From contig CANRGN010000008.1 in the NCBI GenBank assembly GCA_947630235.1, positions 491 to 64,490 of the forward strand: a DNA stretch of 64,000 nt. Reading direction: 5' to 3'. The position numbers and the translations under genes were made by a program. Source of the DNA: an uncultured Clostridia bacterium. Lineage in GTDB: Bacteria > Bacillota > Clostridia > TANB77 > CAG-508. This document shows, piece after piece, positions 1 through 10,305 of this stretch; the stretch's first letter is position 1; every line of letters begins with the position of its first letter. Under the pieces are notes generated by a model. The model saw only the letters and a program-made list of their open reading frames with translations, did not search any database and was not told the origin of the DNA.

Positions 1-349
1 CTTCATTGGTGTTTGTAATTTCAGTATTTTTTGTATTTTTAGTTTCATTTTTTGATTTAGTATTATCATCTTTTATTTCATTATTTTCTGTTTTTACACT
101 GTTGGAATTATCTTTTTTTTCATCTACAACAGTATTAGAATTATTTTCATTATCTTTAGACTCTTCTTTTGAAACATTTTTATCAGACTCTATAGATTCT
201 TTCTTTGTTTCATTAAGAGTTTCGCTTTTTTCATCTTCTATACTAGTGTTTACTTCCTTTTTTACATCAGTTGCATTAACTATTATTATACTATTGGTAA
301 TCAATAAAAAAATTAATATAATAAAAATAAAAATTTTAAATTTACTCAT
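1..349 (-). CDS. exported low-complexity protein, N-terminal part only (CDS runs off the left edge)
   Basis: ATG (rc of 347-349) is preceded by AAGGAG (rc of 351-360). Translation is MSKFKIFIFIILIFLLITNSIIIVNATDVKKEVNTS..., a signal-peptide-like N-terminus followed by a K/E/N/S-rich region, open to position 1. It is missing from the ORF track because no stop falls in the window. The listed + ORF 6..374 is its antisense shadow. Confidence 0.5.
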   Translation of the reverse strand, partial: MSKFKIFIFIILIFLLITNSIIIVNATDVKKEVNTSIEDEKSETLNETKKESIESDKNVSKEESKDNENNSNTVVDEKKDNSNSVKTENNEIKDDNTKSKNETKNTKNTEITNTNE

Positions 350-424
350 AAATTCTCCTTTTACATTTGTATAAAATTTAAAATATTATTATTTTCTACA
401 AAATAAAAAACTTAATAAATAATA

Positions 425-1396
425 CTATTTCATTAAATATTCTGGATTAGCTAAATACCAATCTATTGTTTTAATAATTCCATCTTCGAATTTTGTTTTT
501 GGAAGCCAACCAAGTTCATTATGAATTTTTGTAGGATCTATTGCATATCTGTAATCATGACCTTTTCTATCTTCTACAAAAGATATTAGTGATTCAGGTT
601 TGTCTAATCTTTTTAGAATTAGTTTAACTATTTCTATATTTCTTTTTTCGTTATGTCCACCAATATTATATCTTTCTCCTTTTACACCATTATGTAAAAC
701 AGCATCTATTGCCTCGCAATGATCTTCAACATATAACCAATCTCTAATGTTCAAACCTTCTCCATAAACAGGAAGTGGTTTATCTTGAAGAGCTAAAGAT
801 ATCATATGAGGAATAAGTTTTTCATGATGTTGATAAGCTCCATAGTTATTTGAACAATTTGTTACACATACATTCATTTTATATGTTTCACTATATGCTA
901 AAGCTATTAAATCTGACGAAGCTTTTGATGCTGAATATGGGCTATTTGGTTTAATTGGAGATTTTTCTGTAAAGAAGCCTTCTTCTCCCAAAGTTCCATA
1001 TACCTCATCTGTTGATACATGTACAAATCTATTTTTTGAACCTTCTCCCCAAAATTGTTTAGCAGCTTCTAAAAGAGTATGTGTTCCAAGTACATTAGTT
1101 TGTGTAAATACGAATGGTGTTTTAATGCTATTATCAACATGAGACTCTGCAGCAAAATGAACAACAGCATCTATATCATATTTTTTGTATGTTTCCATTA
1201 CTTTATCAAAATCACATATATCACCTTGTATAAATGTAATTTTGTCTTTTATATTATCTAAATTATGGATATTTCCTGCATAAGTTAATTTATCATATAT
1301 TATAAAATTATATTTTTCTTCATATTTTTTTACCATAAGTTCAGCAAAATTTGCTCCAATAAAACCTGCAGCTCCTGTTATAAAAATATTTTTCAT
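425..1396 (-). CDS. rfbB: dTDP-glucose 4,6-dehydratase
   Basis: N-terminal Rossmann motif ITGAAGFIGANF, the YSASKASSD catalytic Tyr-x3-Lys region, and length and overall sequence typical of RmlB. Confidence 0.9.
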   Translation of the reverse strand: MKNIFITGAAGFIGANFAELMVKKYEEKYNFIIYDKLTYAGNIHNLDNIKDKITFIQGDICDFDKVMETYKKYDIDAVVHFAAESHVDNSIKTPFVFTQTNVLGTHTLLEAAKQFWGEGSKNRFVHVSTDEVYGTLGEEGFFTEKSPIKPNSPYSASKASSDLIALAYSETYKMNVCVTNCSNNYGAYQHHEKLIPHMISLALQDKPLPVYGEGLNIRDWLYVEDHCEAIDAVLHNGVKGERYNIGGHNEKRNIEIVKLILKRLDKPESLISFVEDRKGHDYRYAIDPTKIHNELGWLPKTKFEDGIIKTIDWYLANPEYLMK

Positions 1397-1410
1397 TATT
1401 TAATCTCCTT

Positions 1411-2001
1411 TTATTCATTATTTTTTAAATTCTTAAATAAGTCTGTTTGCTTTAATTCTTTAAGTGATGGCCATTTAGCATCCTTTTCAGATGTAATTAA
1501 ATCTTCTTTATTAAGATTATCAATAGGCCAAACAATTCCTACATCAGGATCATCATACTTTAAGCCACCTTCGGCTTCATGATTATATATATCATCACAT
1601 TTATATGTGAACTCAGCTTCATCAGACAATACCAAAAATCCATGAGCAAATCCTCTTGGTATCATAAACATTTTTTTATTTTCTTCAGAAAGAACTACAC
1701 CTTCCCATTTTCCATATGTTTTACTACCTGGTCTAAGATCGACAGCAACATCAAAAACTTCTCCTTTTATGCATCTAACTAATTTTGCTTGAGTATTTTC
1801 TTTTTGGAAATGCAAGCCTCTTAAAACTCCTTTTTTAGATTTTGATTGATTATCTTGTAAAAATTCGTAATTTAATCCTATTTCTTCAAAATCCTTTTTA
1901 CTATATGTTTCCATAAAATAACCTCTATTATCACCAAAAACTGTAGGTTCTATTACATAAACACCATCAATTTTAGTTTCAATTTTTTTAAATTTTCCCA
2001 T
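1411..2001 (-). CDS. rfbC: dTDP-4-dehydrorhamnose 3,5-epimerase
   Basis: MGKFKKIETKIDGVYVIEP...FGDNRGYFMETY...LRGLHFQ...KLVRCIKGEVFDVAVDLR is a typical RmlC cupin. I prefer the internal ATG at 2001 (RBS AAAGGAGAAG upstream) over the ORF-track start at 2061. Confidence 0.9.
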   Translation of the reverse strand: MGKFKKIETKIDGVYVIEPTVFGDNRGYFMETYSKKDFEEIGLNYEFLQDNQSKSKKGVLRGLHFQKENTQAKLVRCIKGEVFDVAVDLRPGSKTYGKWEGVVLSEENKKMFMIPRGFAHGFLVLSDEAEFTYKCDDIYNHEAEGGLKYDDPDVGIVWPIDNLNKEDLITSEKDAKWPSLKELKQTDLFKNLKNNE

Positions 2002-2108
2002 GTTACTTCTCCTTTTCCTAAAACTCGGTATAGTTATATCAAATTTAACAAAAAAATTCAACTATTTTTGCTAAATTAGAAAATAAATTACAAAAAATTC
2101 ACAATATG

Positions 2109-2139
2109 AAAAAACAAAGGCGAAAATTTTTCGCCTTTG
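2109..2139 (-). terminator. rho-independent terminator after the 1278-aa gene
   Basis: Stem CAAAGGCGAAAA / TTTTCGCCTTTG (2115-2126 / 2128-2139), followed on the minus strand by a T-run. Confidence 0.65.
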
Positions 2140-2140
2140 C

Positions 2141-5100
2141 TTAATTATCTCTATAACCATATAAAGTTGTCAATCCATCAGTAGTTGTTACATATATTTG
2201 ACAATTAGTAAACCAATCATCTGAAGAATTATTTATTAAATTATCCCACTGATCAGATGTGCCTTTATATATTATATGTAAAGGATCATCTGTTGGTGAT
2301 ACCAAAGAGTCAGAACCAAATGACTTTGAGTTAATTTTTATAATATCTTCACTAATCGTAATTTCTTTTAAAGCTTTACATTCTCTAAATGTACCTGTAC
2401 CTATACTTGAGTTTGGAGCATATGATGGAAGAATAAGATCTTTAAGATTCGTACAATCTTTAAAAATATTATTACCCAAAGTATAATCACTAAATTCTAC
2501 ATTAAAGTTATATAAATATGCACTTTCTAATGCCGTACAACCTTCAAATAAACCAGGACAATTTGTATAAACAGAATTTGGAGATATATCTTCCATCATA
2601 ATCTTATTATTATCAGGGATATTTTCAAAAGTTTTTAAACTTGAACAATCAGCAAAAATTCCCCTATCAATATATAGTATTCCATTATTTTCGTTATATA
2701 CTGAAATTAATTTACTACAGCCTTTAAATGCTTTAGCTTGAATTATTGCACCTGTATTTTCTGGAAAATTTAAAAATTGTATATTTTCATCACCTTCAAA
2801 AGCTGAATATCCTATTATTAGACCTTTTTCATTTTCAGTTCTTCCATCATCTATTATAACATCTTGTAATTCAGTACATCCATAAAATGATTTAACTCCT
2901 ATAATTTTTAAATTCTTTGAAATTGTAATTGCTTGTAAATTTGTGCAACCATAAAAAGTTTCTCCACTTTCATTTTTATATTTATTCCATGTATTAGAGG
3001 TTAAATTTTGTACATTATATTCATCTCCACCAATTTTTTCTAAAGATTCTGGAAAATTAATTTGAGATAAACTTGTACAACCATAGAAAGCTTTACTATC
3101 TAAACTCTTTACCGATTTGCCTAAGTTTACTTCTAATAATGAAGTACAACCTTCAAAAGCACTTTTTCCAACTTTTGTTACAGAATCAGAAATATTAACT
3201 TTATACAAATTTTTACAATCTTTAAATCCATTATCACCTATTGAATTTACTCTAAAAGATTCAGATACTTTATCTTCACTAGATGGAATATTTAAAATTC
3301 CATAATTATCTTTTATTAGAGTAGAGATAGTATTTACTTTTAATACATGATTGTTTATAAATAAATCTTTATATTCAATATCATTACCATTTGCATCTTT
3401 TCCATGAACTTGAGGGGTATTCAAATATTCCCAAGAAAAAAAGGTAGGATTTCCATCTTTATCTACATAATTTCCATTTGCATCTTTTATTACTTGTTTT
3501 GTATTTTTATCTATAATAAAAAATCCTGGTTCATCCTCTTGAGGAAGTACACTTGTAGAATCATATATTAAACTATCATAAGAAGCAGAAGGAGAATTTG
3601 CAATTACAATTCTAAAACCTTGATTTCCATAATCATTTACCTTTGTAGGATCAATTTTTGTACTTAAGTTTAATGTATCTTCAATGGTTAAACCAGCTAA
3701 GTTCTCTGAAAGATTTCTATTCTCTCCAACTCTAATATGAACGCCTTCTTTATCACTAATATTAGCATTTGGAGCTTCATATTCTATACTAATATATTTA
3801 TTTTGAAAATTATAATAATAAGTTTTCATAACTTCAAGACTTTGATCTTCTGAAAATAAATTTTCTCCATTCCTATTATATAATAAATTATTTTCATTTA
3901 TTTTATTATGATAGATAACACTTGCCAACATAACATCAATTGTACCTGATACATCAAAAATACCTGTCATATTATTAGTAGAGCTTTGATTTTGATGGCT
4001 ATTTATTATAGAAAAACCATTATTACCATCACTTCCCGCAGTATATCTATTAGAATTATTTGATTGTATATTTGGATTTCCTAATTTAGAATCTCTAGTA
4101 ATAATTCTTAAAACATTATATTCAGAATATTTCATCATATGACTATTGATATTTGGTTCTTCACCTTCTGTTGTATTAGTAATTCTTTTATAAAACATTA
4201 AAGCATGAGAAAATGCATTTGTAAAAGATATATTTGACCATGCTACATGATAAGGCTTTGATACAGCATAAAATTTTTGATAATTAAAATTATATAATTC
4301 GTCATAATCGATAGTATAACTAGTATTGATTCTATTACGACCCTGATCTTCTACTCCTGTATCATATTTAGCAAACCACAAACCTTTTAATTCTGAATCC
4401 CACGAGCCTTCCTTTGAACTATTATTTATAAAAGCAGAAGGTATATTTAAATTTGTATCGTTAGCAGTTGTTCCAAATGTAGTAGTATTTGAAGCATCTC
4501 TTAAAAATTGTATATTATATCCCAAAGTACTGGTTCCTGATGTAACTGAAGCAAATCTAGGAATCCATACAAACATAGAACCCATTTTATTTTCTGGTAT
4601 ACTTTGACCAATTTTCAAATTCTCTGATGTAATTTTAGAATCTTTTAAAAACATAATATTTGCCCACATTTTTTTATCTTCTGAATAATTATACCATTCT
4701 GGATCTAAAGTAGAACAAGTTACCCAATATCCATTCTTTTTATCAGACTCTTCATAAACCCACTTAACAGGAACCATATCAGAAGTAATTACAGGAGCAT
4801 TACATAAAATTATTTTATAACCATTTCCATCTGTTATTAAATCATAACTACTATCATCTTCTCTTGATGAATTTCTTATATTAAATTTTGTAAACTGCTC
4901 CATTTTATCTGTATATGAACCAGAAACATCTTCTATTCTAAAATTATATTCACCAGATTCATAAACAATAAATGTAACAGATTTTCCATCCTCACTGTAT
5001 TTACATTCTCTCAAATTATCAACTTCATCCCAGTGATTTCTAATTTTTGTTTTATAATATGCTTTTCTTATTTTATATGTATTTGTTGAATTATTCATTA

Positions 5101-5977
5101 CTACAGAACTAGTATTTAAAGTTAATTTTATTTTTTTACTAGTACCATAATTAGCTATTTCTTCAATTCTAATTTTTCCATTTAATGTAGCAGATTTTGT
5201 ATCATTTTCATAAATATTACCTACATCATTAAATTCATAAATTGTATAAACTTTTTCACCATCTAATCTAACCGCATCATCTATAGTAAATATAAATTGA
5301 TTAGTAAAATCAATATATACTGTCATATCTATATCGCTTAATCCTAATATATATTTAATGCTTTCTGAATCAAATTCATAAAAAGTTAAACTATTATCCA
5401 TAGTAATTTTAAATTTATTGGAATAAATATTTTTCAATTTATTAACTATTGTACTATTATTATTTTTTAAAGTATTATAATTAGTTTTAGGAATATTATA
5501 ACTACTATTTAATTTATTTTCTTTTATGGCTTGTTCTTTTTTTTCTGAAACGAATGTATCTATATTATATTTATTATAAAAAGCAGTTGGGAGATTGCCA
5601 TTTTTATCTAAAGGCTCAACACCAGTAAATTTTTCATCAGCTAACAAATCCAGTACTTCAACATATTTATAATGATTTGTTACATTACTCTGATTTTCTG
5701 GTAAAGCTAGATAATCTCTTTGCTCTGTTAATACATTTTTTTCATTAATCAAATCTTTATACTCATAAGATTTTTCTGTTTGCCAAGAATCAAACTCGGA
5801 TTCAAAAGAATTAACACCTTCTTGTAAAACTCTTAATTGAGCTTTAAATTTTTCTACTCTAGTAGTTTCATAAGCTGTAAATGATGTAGAAATTGTAACT
5901 GATGCTAATATTAACATAACTATTATTGATATAACTAAAGAAATTAAGGTTATACCATTTTGATTATTTTTTTTCAA
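2141..5977 (-). CDS. giant modular type IV pilin-like protein with C-terminal BspA-type leucine-rich repeats
   Basis: The N-terminus MKKNNQNG|ITLISLVISIIVMLILASV resembles a class III (prepilin) signal plus hydrophobic helix. The C-terminal ~450 aa carry repeated F.GC(T/S)SL..(I/V).(I/L)..S(V/L)..IG..AF..C units (BspA/Treponema-type LRR). The middle region shares a domain with the cluster minor pilin (see findings). Confidence 0.6.
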   Translation of the reverse strand: MKKNNQNGITLISLVISIIVMLILASVTISTSFTAYETTRVEKFKAQLRVLQEGVNSFESEFDSWQTEKSYEYKDLINEKNVLTEQRDYLALPENQSNVTNHYKYVEVLDLLADEKFTGVEPLDKNGNLPTAFYNKYNIDTFVSEKKEQAIKENKLNSSYNIPKTNYNTLKNNNSTIVNKLKNIYSNKFKITMDNSLTFYEFDSESIKYILGLSDIDMTVYIDFTNQFIFTIDDAVRLDGEKVYTIYEFNDVGNIYENDTKSATLNGKIRIEEIANYGTSKKIKLTLNTSSVVMNNSTNTYKIRKAYYKTKIRNHWDEVDNLRECKYSEDGKSVTFIVYESGEYNFRIEDVSGSYTDKMEQFTKFNIRNSSREDDSSYDLITDGNGYKIILCNAPVITSDMVPVKWVYEESDKKNGYWVTCSTLDPEWYNYSEDKKMWANIMFLKDSKITSENLKIGQSIPENKMGSMFVWIPRFASVTSGTSTLGYNIQFLRDASNTTTFGTTANDTNLNIPSAFINNSSKEGSWDSELKGLWFAKYDTGVEDQGRNRINTSYTIDYDELYNFNYQKFYAVSKPYHVAWSNISFTNAFSHALMFYKRITNTTEGEEPNINSHMMKYSEYNVLRIITRDSKLGNPNIQSNNSNRYTAGSDGNNGFSIINSHQNQSSTNNMTGIFDVSGTIDVMLASVIYHNKINENNLLYNRNGENLFSEDQSLEVMKTYYYNFQNKYISIEYEAPNANISDKEGVHIRVGENRNLSENLAGLTIEDTLNLSTKIDPTKVNDYGNQGFRIVIANSPSASYDSLIYDSTSVLPQEDEPGFFIIDKNTKQVIKDANGNYVDKDGNPTFFSWEYLNTPQVHGKDANGNDIEYKDLFINNHVLKVNTISTLIKDNYGILNIPSSEDKVSESFRVNSIGDNGFKDCKNLYKVNISDSVTKVGKSAFEGCTSLLEVNLGKSVKSLDSKAFYGCTSLSQINFPESLEKIGGDEYNVQNLTSNTWNKYKNESGETFYGCTNLQAITISKNLKIIGVKSFYGCTELQDVIIDDGRTENEKGLIIGYSAFEGDENIQFLNFPENTGAIIQAKAFKGCSKLISVYNENNGILYIDRGIFADCSSLKTFENIPDNNKIMMEDISPNSVYTNCPGLFEGCTALESAYLYNFNVEFSDYTLGNNIFKDCTNLKDLILPSYAPNSSIGTGTFRECKALKEITISEDIIKINSKSFGSDSLVSPTDDPLHIIYKGTSDQWDNLINNSSDDWFTNCQIYVTTTDGLTTLYGYRDN

Positions 5978-6008
5978 GGAATTCCCTCCTCGCTTCTTTT
6001 GTTAATAT

Positions 6009-6045
6009 AAACAATAGACTTCATTATTTATAAAGTCTATTGTTT
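6009..6045 (-). terminator. hairpin downstream of the PPIase gene
   Basis: 13-bp perfect stem AAACAATAGACTT / AAGTCTATTGTTT. The T-tract on the minus strand is weak. Confidence 0.4.
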
Positions 6046-6050
6046 AGTTT

Positions 6051-6959
6051 TTATTGATTATTTGTATTATAGTATTGTTGGATATAATTTTGTAAATATG
6101 CAGAATAATCAAATGCTTCATGAGTTTCAGGTAAATCATATTTTCCACCTTTTGTATCAACTTTAGCTGATTTTATTACTGGTGCTGAAGCAAAAGCTTT
6201 TATGGATTCTGCAGATGATGTAGAAGAATCTGTTTCATCTGTATTTTCTTCTGTTTTTGTTTCTAATCCATAAATATTTTCAACTATATCTAATCCTTCT
6301 ATAACTCTACCAAAACCTGCATACATTCCATTTAAATTACTTGCAGATTCATCATTCATTGTAATAGTAAATTGAGAAGTTCCAGAATTATAACTTTCTT
6401 CTACCAAATAATTTGCTTGTCCTTGAGAATAATCGGCTCTAACTAATGAAACAACTCCTTTTTCATGTTTTAAAGTATTTTGTTTAAAATTATTTGCTAT
6501 AAATTCTCCATCTATAGAGTATTCATAATCATTTGCTGAAGTTGTTATAGATTCATCAACTTCAGTAGAATTTTCTTCTGAATTTTCTTCTGAGTTTTCT
6601 TCTGAATTTTCATCAGATTTTTTTGCTACTGATTTATCTATATCAGATATTGTTGGATTATCTGATTTTCCTTCAGAATCTCTACCAACATATACAGCTA
6701 TATCATCCATTCCATAAAATATTTTTCCATCATAATATCCATTATTTGCTAGAGCTATTATATTTTTTACTGTATTTGGAGCATATTCTGGATATAACTC
6801 TATTTTAACAGTTCCATAATTTTCTACTTCTAAACTAAGAACTGGATTTTCTACCTCCTCTGTTTTTGCAATTACAGCATTATAAACTAATAATCCATTT
6901 ACTCCTATTAATGCTATGATAATAATAACTAAAATAAAAATGCTTAATCCTTTCTTCAT
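6051..6959 (-). CDS. membrane-anchored cyclophilin-type peptidyl-prolyl isomerase
   Basis: N-terminal TM/signal segment. Cyclophilin blocks are ELYPEYAPNTVKNIIALANNGYYDGKIFYG and HEKGVVSLVR...SGTSQFTITM...GFGRVIEGLDIV, interrupted by an acidic SEENSEENSEENS insertion. Confidence 0.8.
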   Translation of the reverse strand: MKKGLSIFILVIIIIALIGVNGLLVYNAVIAKTEEVENPVLSLEVENYGTVKIELYPEYAPNTVKNIIALANNGYYDGKIFYGMDDIAVYVGRDSEGKSDNPTISDIDKSVAKKSDENSEENSEENSEENSTEVDESITTSANDYEYSIDGEFIANNFKQNTLKHEKGVVSLVRADYSQGQANYLVEESYNSGTSQFTITMNDESASNLNGMYAGFGRVIEGLDIVENIYGLETKTEENTDETDSSTSSAESIKAFASAPVIKSAKVDTKGGKYDLPETHEAFDYSAYLQNYIQQYYNTNNQ

Positions 6960-6985
6960 TTTAAAATGTCCACCTTTCTAATATT

Positions 6986-8351
6986 TTACTTTAAACCTAA
7001 ATATTTCATACAGTCTACTATATTCTTCACACCTATTATATCTAATTTAAATTTTTCTTTCAATAGTTTTTTATTACTTTCTGGAATTATACAAGTTTTA
7101 TATCCTAACTTTTCTGCTTCTTTAATTCTTTTTTCAATCATATTAACACTTCTAACTTCACCTGTTAATCCCACTTCTCCAATTATTACAACATCTTCTT
7201 TTATACTAATATTTTTTAAACTAGATGCAGTAGCAATTATTATTCCTAAATCTAAAGCCGGCTCATTTACTTTAATTCCACCAACTAAATTTAAATAAAC
7301 ATCTTGATTTCCTAGCATCAATCCTACTTTTTTTTCTAATACAGCAACTAATAATGTTAATCTATTATAATCTATTCCATTTGCATTTCTTCTAGGAAGC
7401 CCAAAAACACTTTGAGTAGTTAATGCTTGAAGCTCTATAAGAAGTGGTCTGGTTCCTTCTAAGCTTGCTACAATTACAGACCCAGAAGGGTTACCATCTC
7501 TTTCTGAAATTAAAACTTCTGATGGATTTTTTACTTCTGTTAATCCTTCATTTGCCATTTCAAACATTCCTATTTCATTTGTAGAGCCAAATCTATTTTT
7601 TACACCTCTTAAAATTCTATAAGAAAAATATCTTTCACCTTCTAAATATAAAACTGTATCTACCATGTGTTCTAAAACTCTAGGACCTGCAATATTACCA
7701 TCTTTTGTAACATGCCCGATAATTATTGTAGTAATTCCCTTTTGTTTACACATTTTCATAACTCTTGATGTTATCTCTCTTACTTGACTTACGCTTCCGG
7801 GCAGCTGAAGTAATTTCATCAGAATACATTGTTTGAACAGAATCTATTATAACAAATTTTGGAGAATGCTTTTCTATTGCTATTTCAACATTATCTATAT
7901 TTGTTTCTGATAAAAATAAAATATTATCATTTTTTATATTTAATCTATCAGCTCTTATCTTTATTTGCTCTGCAGATTCTTCTCCAGATACATATAAAAT
8001 CTTTCCGTCTATTTTTATTTTATCACATATTTGCAAAATTAAAGTTGATTTTCCAATTCCAGGCTCTCCTCCAAGTAATGTTAAAGAGCCATATACAAAT
8101 CCTTCACCTAAAACTCTATCTAATTCATCTATTCCTGTTTTAATTCTTGATGTAGAATTATGTACTACTTTGTTTAATTCTATAACTTCATTTTTTTCAA
8201 TTGCACCTTCTGAATTTAAACTTTTAGAAGATTTACTTGAAACTTTTTCTTCTACAAAAGCATTCCAAGCTCCACAAGCAGGACATTTTCCCATCCATTT
8301 ACTAGAATCATAACCACATTCATTACAAACATATTTTGTTGTTAATTTCAT
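6986..8351 (-). CDS. radA: DNA repair protein RadA/Sms, split into two ORFs (7746..8351 and 6986..7819) at an in-frame CGG
   Basis: Zn-ribbon CNECGY...CPACGAW, Walker A GGEPGIGKST, and a Lon-like C-terminal domain. The frame breaks at GCC-CGG-AAG (CGG = 7797..7799). Skipping the C gives ...DEITSAA|GSVSQVREITS..., the conserved RadA motif. Confidence 0.85.
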
Positions 8352-8364
8352 TTAAACATCCTCT

Positions 8365-10263
8365 CTATAGAAGTTTTAACTTTTTTAGTTTTTCTAAAAC
8401 AATTATAAACATTGCATGACTCCAAGCCAAACCAATTATCCACGCTGGCTTTTTAGTTTGATTATCAACTTGTTCTCCTAAAAATCCATATTCAGAACAT
8501 GATGTAATAACAAATCCAAAATTTTCAATTGCTTTATCATAATCACCTTTTTCTATATTATATAAAGCCATCCATAAAGTAGCAATTGGCCAAGGATTAT
8601 ATCCACCAATATAACCATCATTTTCGTATCGAACATATCCTCCAGTATATGTTCTTATTGTCATATCTATTCTTTCTATAGTATTTTCAACAATTTTCTC
8701 ATTAGGCTTTAGCATATTAAATGGAACTACTGCTCCAAGTAAACTAATATCAGCTCTTCTATCTACGCAATTTCTTACAAATGACTTTTTTTCTTCATCA
8801 TAAAAAGTTCTTAATGCAAAATCTTTAATTAAAACTATATCTTTGTTTAATATAGCTAATTGTTTATTTATTGCTTCTTTTTTTAATCTATTATTATCAA
8901 ATAACCCAATTACTTCATTATAAATTTTTATCATTCTATCATATGCACAAAAGATTGCTGAAATTGAATAAAAACTTAAACCTTCAAATTCTTCCCATAG
9001 ATCATATCCATATTCAATAAGCTCACCTTTTAGCATTTTATCAACATAATTTTCAAGATATTTTATTGCATTCTCACACATTTTTAATGTATCTTTTAGA
9101 AAATTTTTATCTTTACAGTATCTATAATGATCATATACACCAATAATTACACTAGCAGTTTCATCAATTTGAAATCCCCAGCAAGAAGCTAATCTACAAT
9201 CTGTATAAAATCTTTGCTCCCATCTTCCATTTCTACTTTGAGTTTTTTTGCAAAAAATTTCATAAAACATTGTACTTCCTTTTTCCATACCCAATATATC
9301 AAAAGCTTTTGTTATAAATACAGCATCTCTTGGCCAACAAAAAGAATATTTTCCGCACATTGTTTTAAATTCATCAGTTTCAATACTAGCTGAAATTCCA
9401 CCTGTTTTCTCATTTATTAGTAATGGGTAAAGCAATATTGTTCTATAATATATTTTTTTTACTTTTTCATCTATATTAGATTTTTCTATTCCTAATTTAT
9501 CGTGATCTTTTACATACTTTTTCCAATATTTCTTTGTATCTTCTAAAGATTTATTTAAATCTATTTTTCTAAATCTTTCAATTTCTACATCTAATTCATT
9601 TAATAAGCATTTTTCTTCATTATTGTTTATATATACATATATCTCAATACTAGCTTCTTTGCCTGGTTTAATTACTCCAATATCATAGCTTATACTAGAA
9701 TCCGCAGATAAACCAATATAATCTTTTCCACCAATTACACCTTCATGAAAATTATAGCTACCTCCATTTACTTGATAAGATAATAATTTGTTTTTAGAAA
9801 AAATACAAATAGCATTATCATGTGTAAATTGAATTAAACAATCATTTTTACAATAGCTACATGTATCATTAACTAAATTTGTTAATGCTTTTGAATGAAT
9901 TAGAAAATTAACATTCAAATCGATACTATTTTCATTTATAAATTTATATTTCTTAACTAAAATATTTTCATTGATTGGAATAAAATCTGTTTGAACTATT
10001 CTTAAATTAAAATATGTATTTAAAATATTAGTTTGTAAAACATTAGTATTAGATATATATTCTTGATAATATTCATTATTTATATCTTCATGCAAATATA
10101 TTAGTGCAGAATCATTTATTTTAACACCTGTTTGCAAGCTTTCTATATATTGCTTATAATCAGGTCCAGGATAGCATAATCTTAAAAGCTCACCTTTTTT
10201 TGTAAAACTAGCTGTAATATTATTATTACCTATAATTGCATCATTAAAATATTTCTTATCCAT
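8365..10263 (-). CDS. glycoside hydrolase family 15 (glucoamylase/glucodextranase-like)
   Basis: GH15-type motifs SFCWPRDAVF and GYDLWEEFEG. The (alpha/alpha)6-type C-terminal half has a typical length. Confidence 0.75.
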   Translation of the reverse strand: MDKKYFNDAIIGNNNITASFTKKGELLRLCYPGPDYKQYIESLQTGVKINDSALIYLHEDINNEYYQEYISNTNVLQTNILNTYFNLRIVQTDFIPINENILVKKYKFINENSIDLNVNFLIHSKALTNLVNDTCSYCKNDCLIQFTHDNAICIFSKNKLLSYQVNGGSYNFHEGVIGGKDYIGLSADSSISYDIGVIKPGKEASIEIYVYINNNEEKCLLNELDVEIERFRKIDLNKSLEDTKKYWKKYVKDHDKLGIEKSNIDEKVKKIYYRTILLYPLLINEKTGGISASIETDEFKTMCGKYSFCWPRDAVFITKAFDILGMEKGSTMFYEIFCKKTQSRNGRWEQRFYTDCRLASCWGFQIDETASVIIGVYDHYRYCKDKNFLKDTLKMCENAIKYLENYVDKMLKGELIEYGYDLWEEFEGLSFYSISAIFCAYDRMIKIYNEVIGLFDNNRLKKEAINKQLAILNKDIVLIKDFALRTFYDEEKKSFVRNCVDRRADISLLGAVVPFNMLKPNEKIVENTIERIDMTIRTYTGGYVRYENDGYIGGYNPWPIATLWMALYNIEKGDYDKAIENFGFVITSCSEYGFLGEQVDNQTKKPAWIIGLAWSHAMFIIVLEKLKKLKLL

Positions 10264-10305
10264 ACTTTACCTCTATAAAATAATATATGCTAATAGCTAT
10301 TTACA

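Noticed and set aside
6-374. Plus-strand ORFs from the track that overlap minus-strand genes: 6..374, 1079..1261, 1579..1782, 2259..2486, 3117..3305, 6623..6808, 6966..7298, 7859..8143, 12787..13026, 14853..15068, 15930..16205, 23051..23773, 27181..27387, 27864..28151, 29494..29790, 30337..31035, 36136..36339, 44077..44268, 46331..46940, 48671..49204, 51519..51866.
   Set aside because: They are antisense shadows of well-supported minus-strand genes. Their translations are low-complexity (F/L/I/S-rich), and they have no RBS and no recognisable motifs. Long antisense ORFs of this kind are expected in AT-rich DNA.
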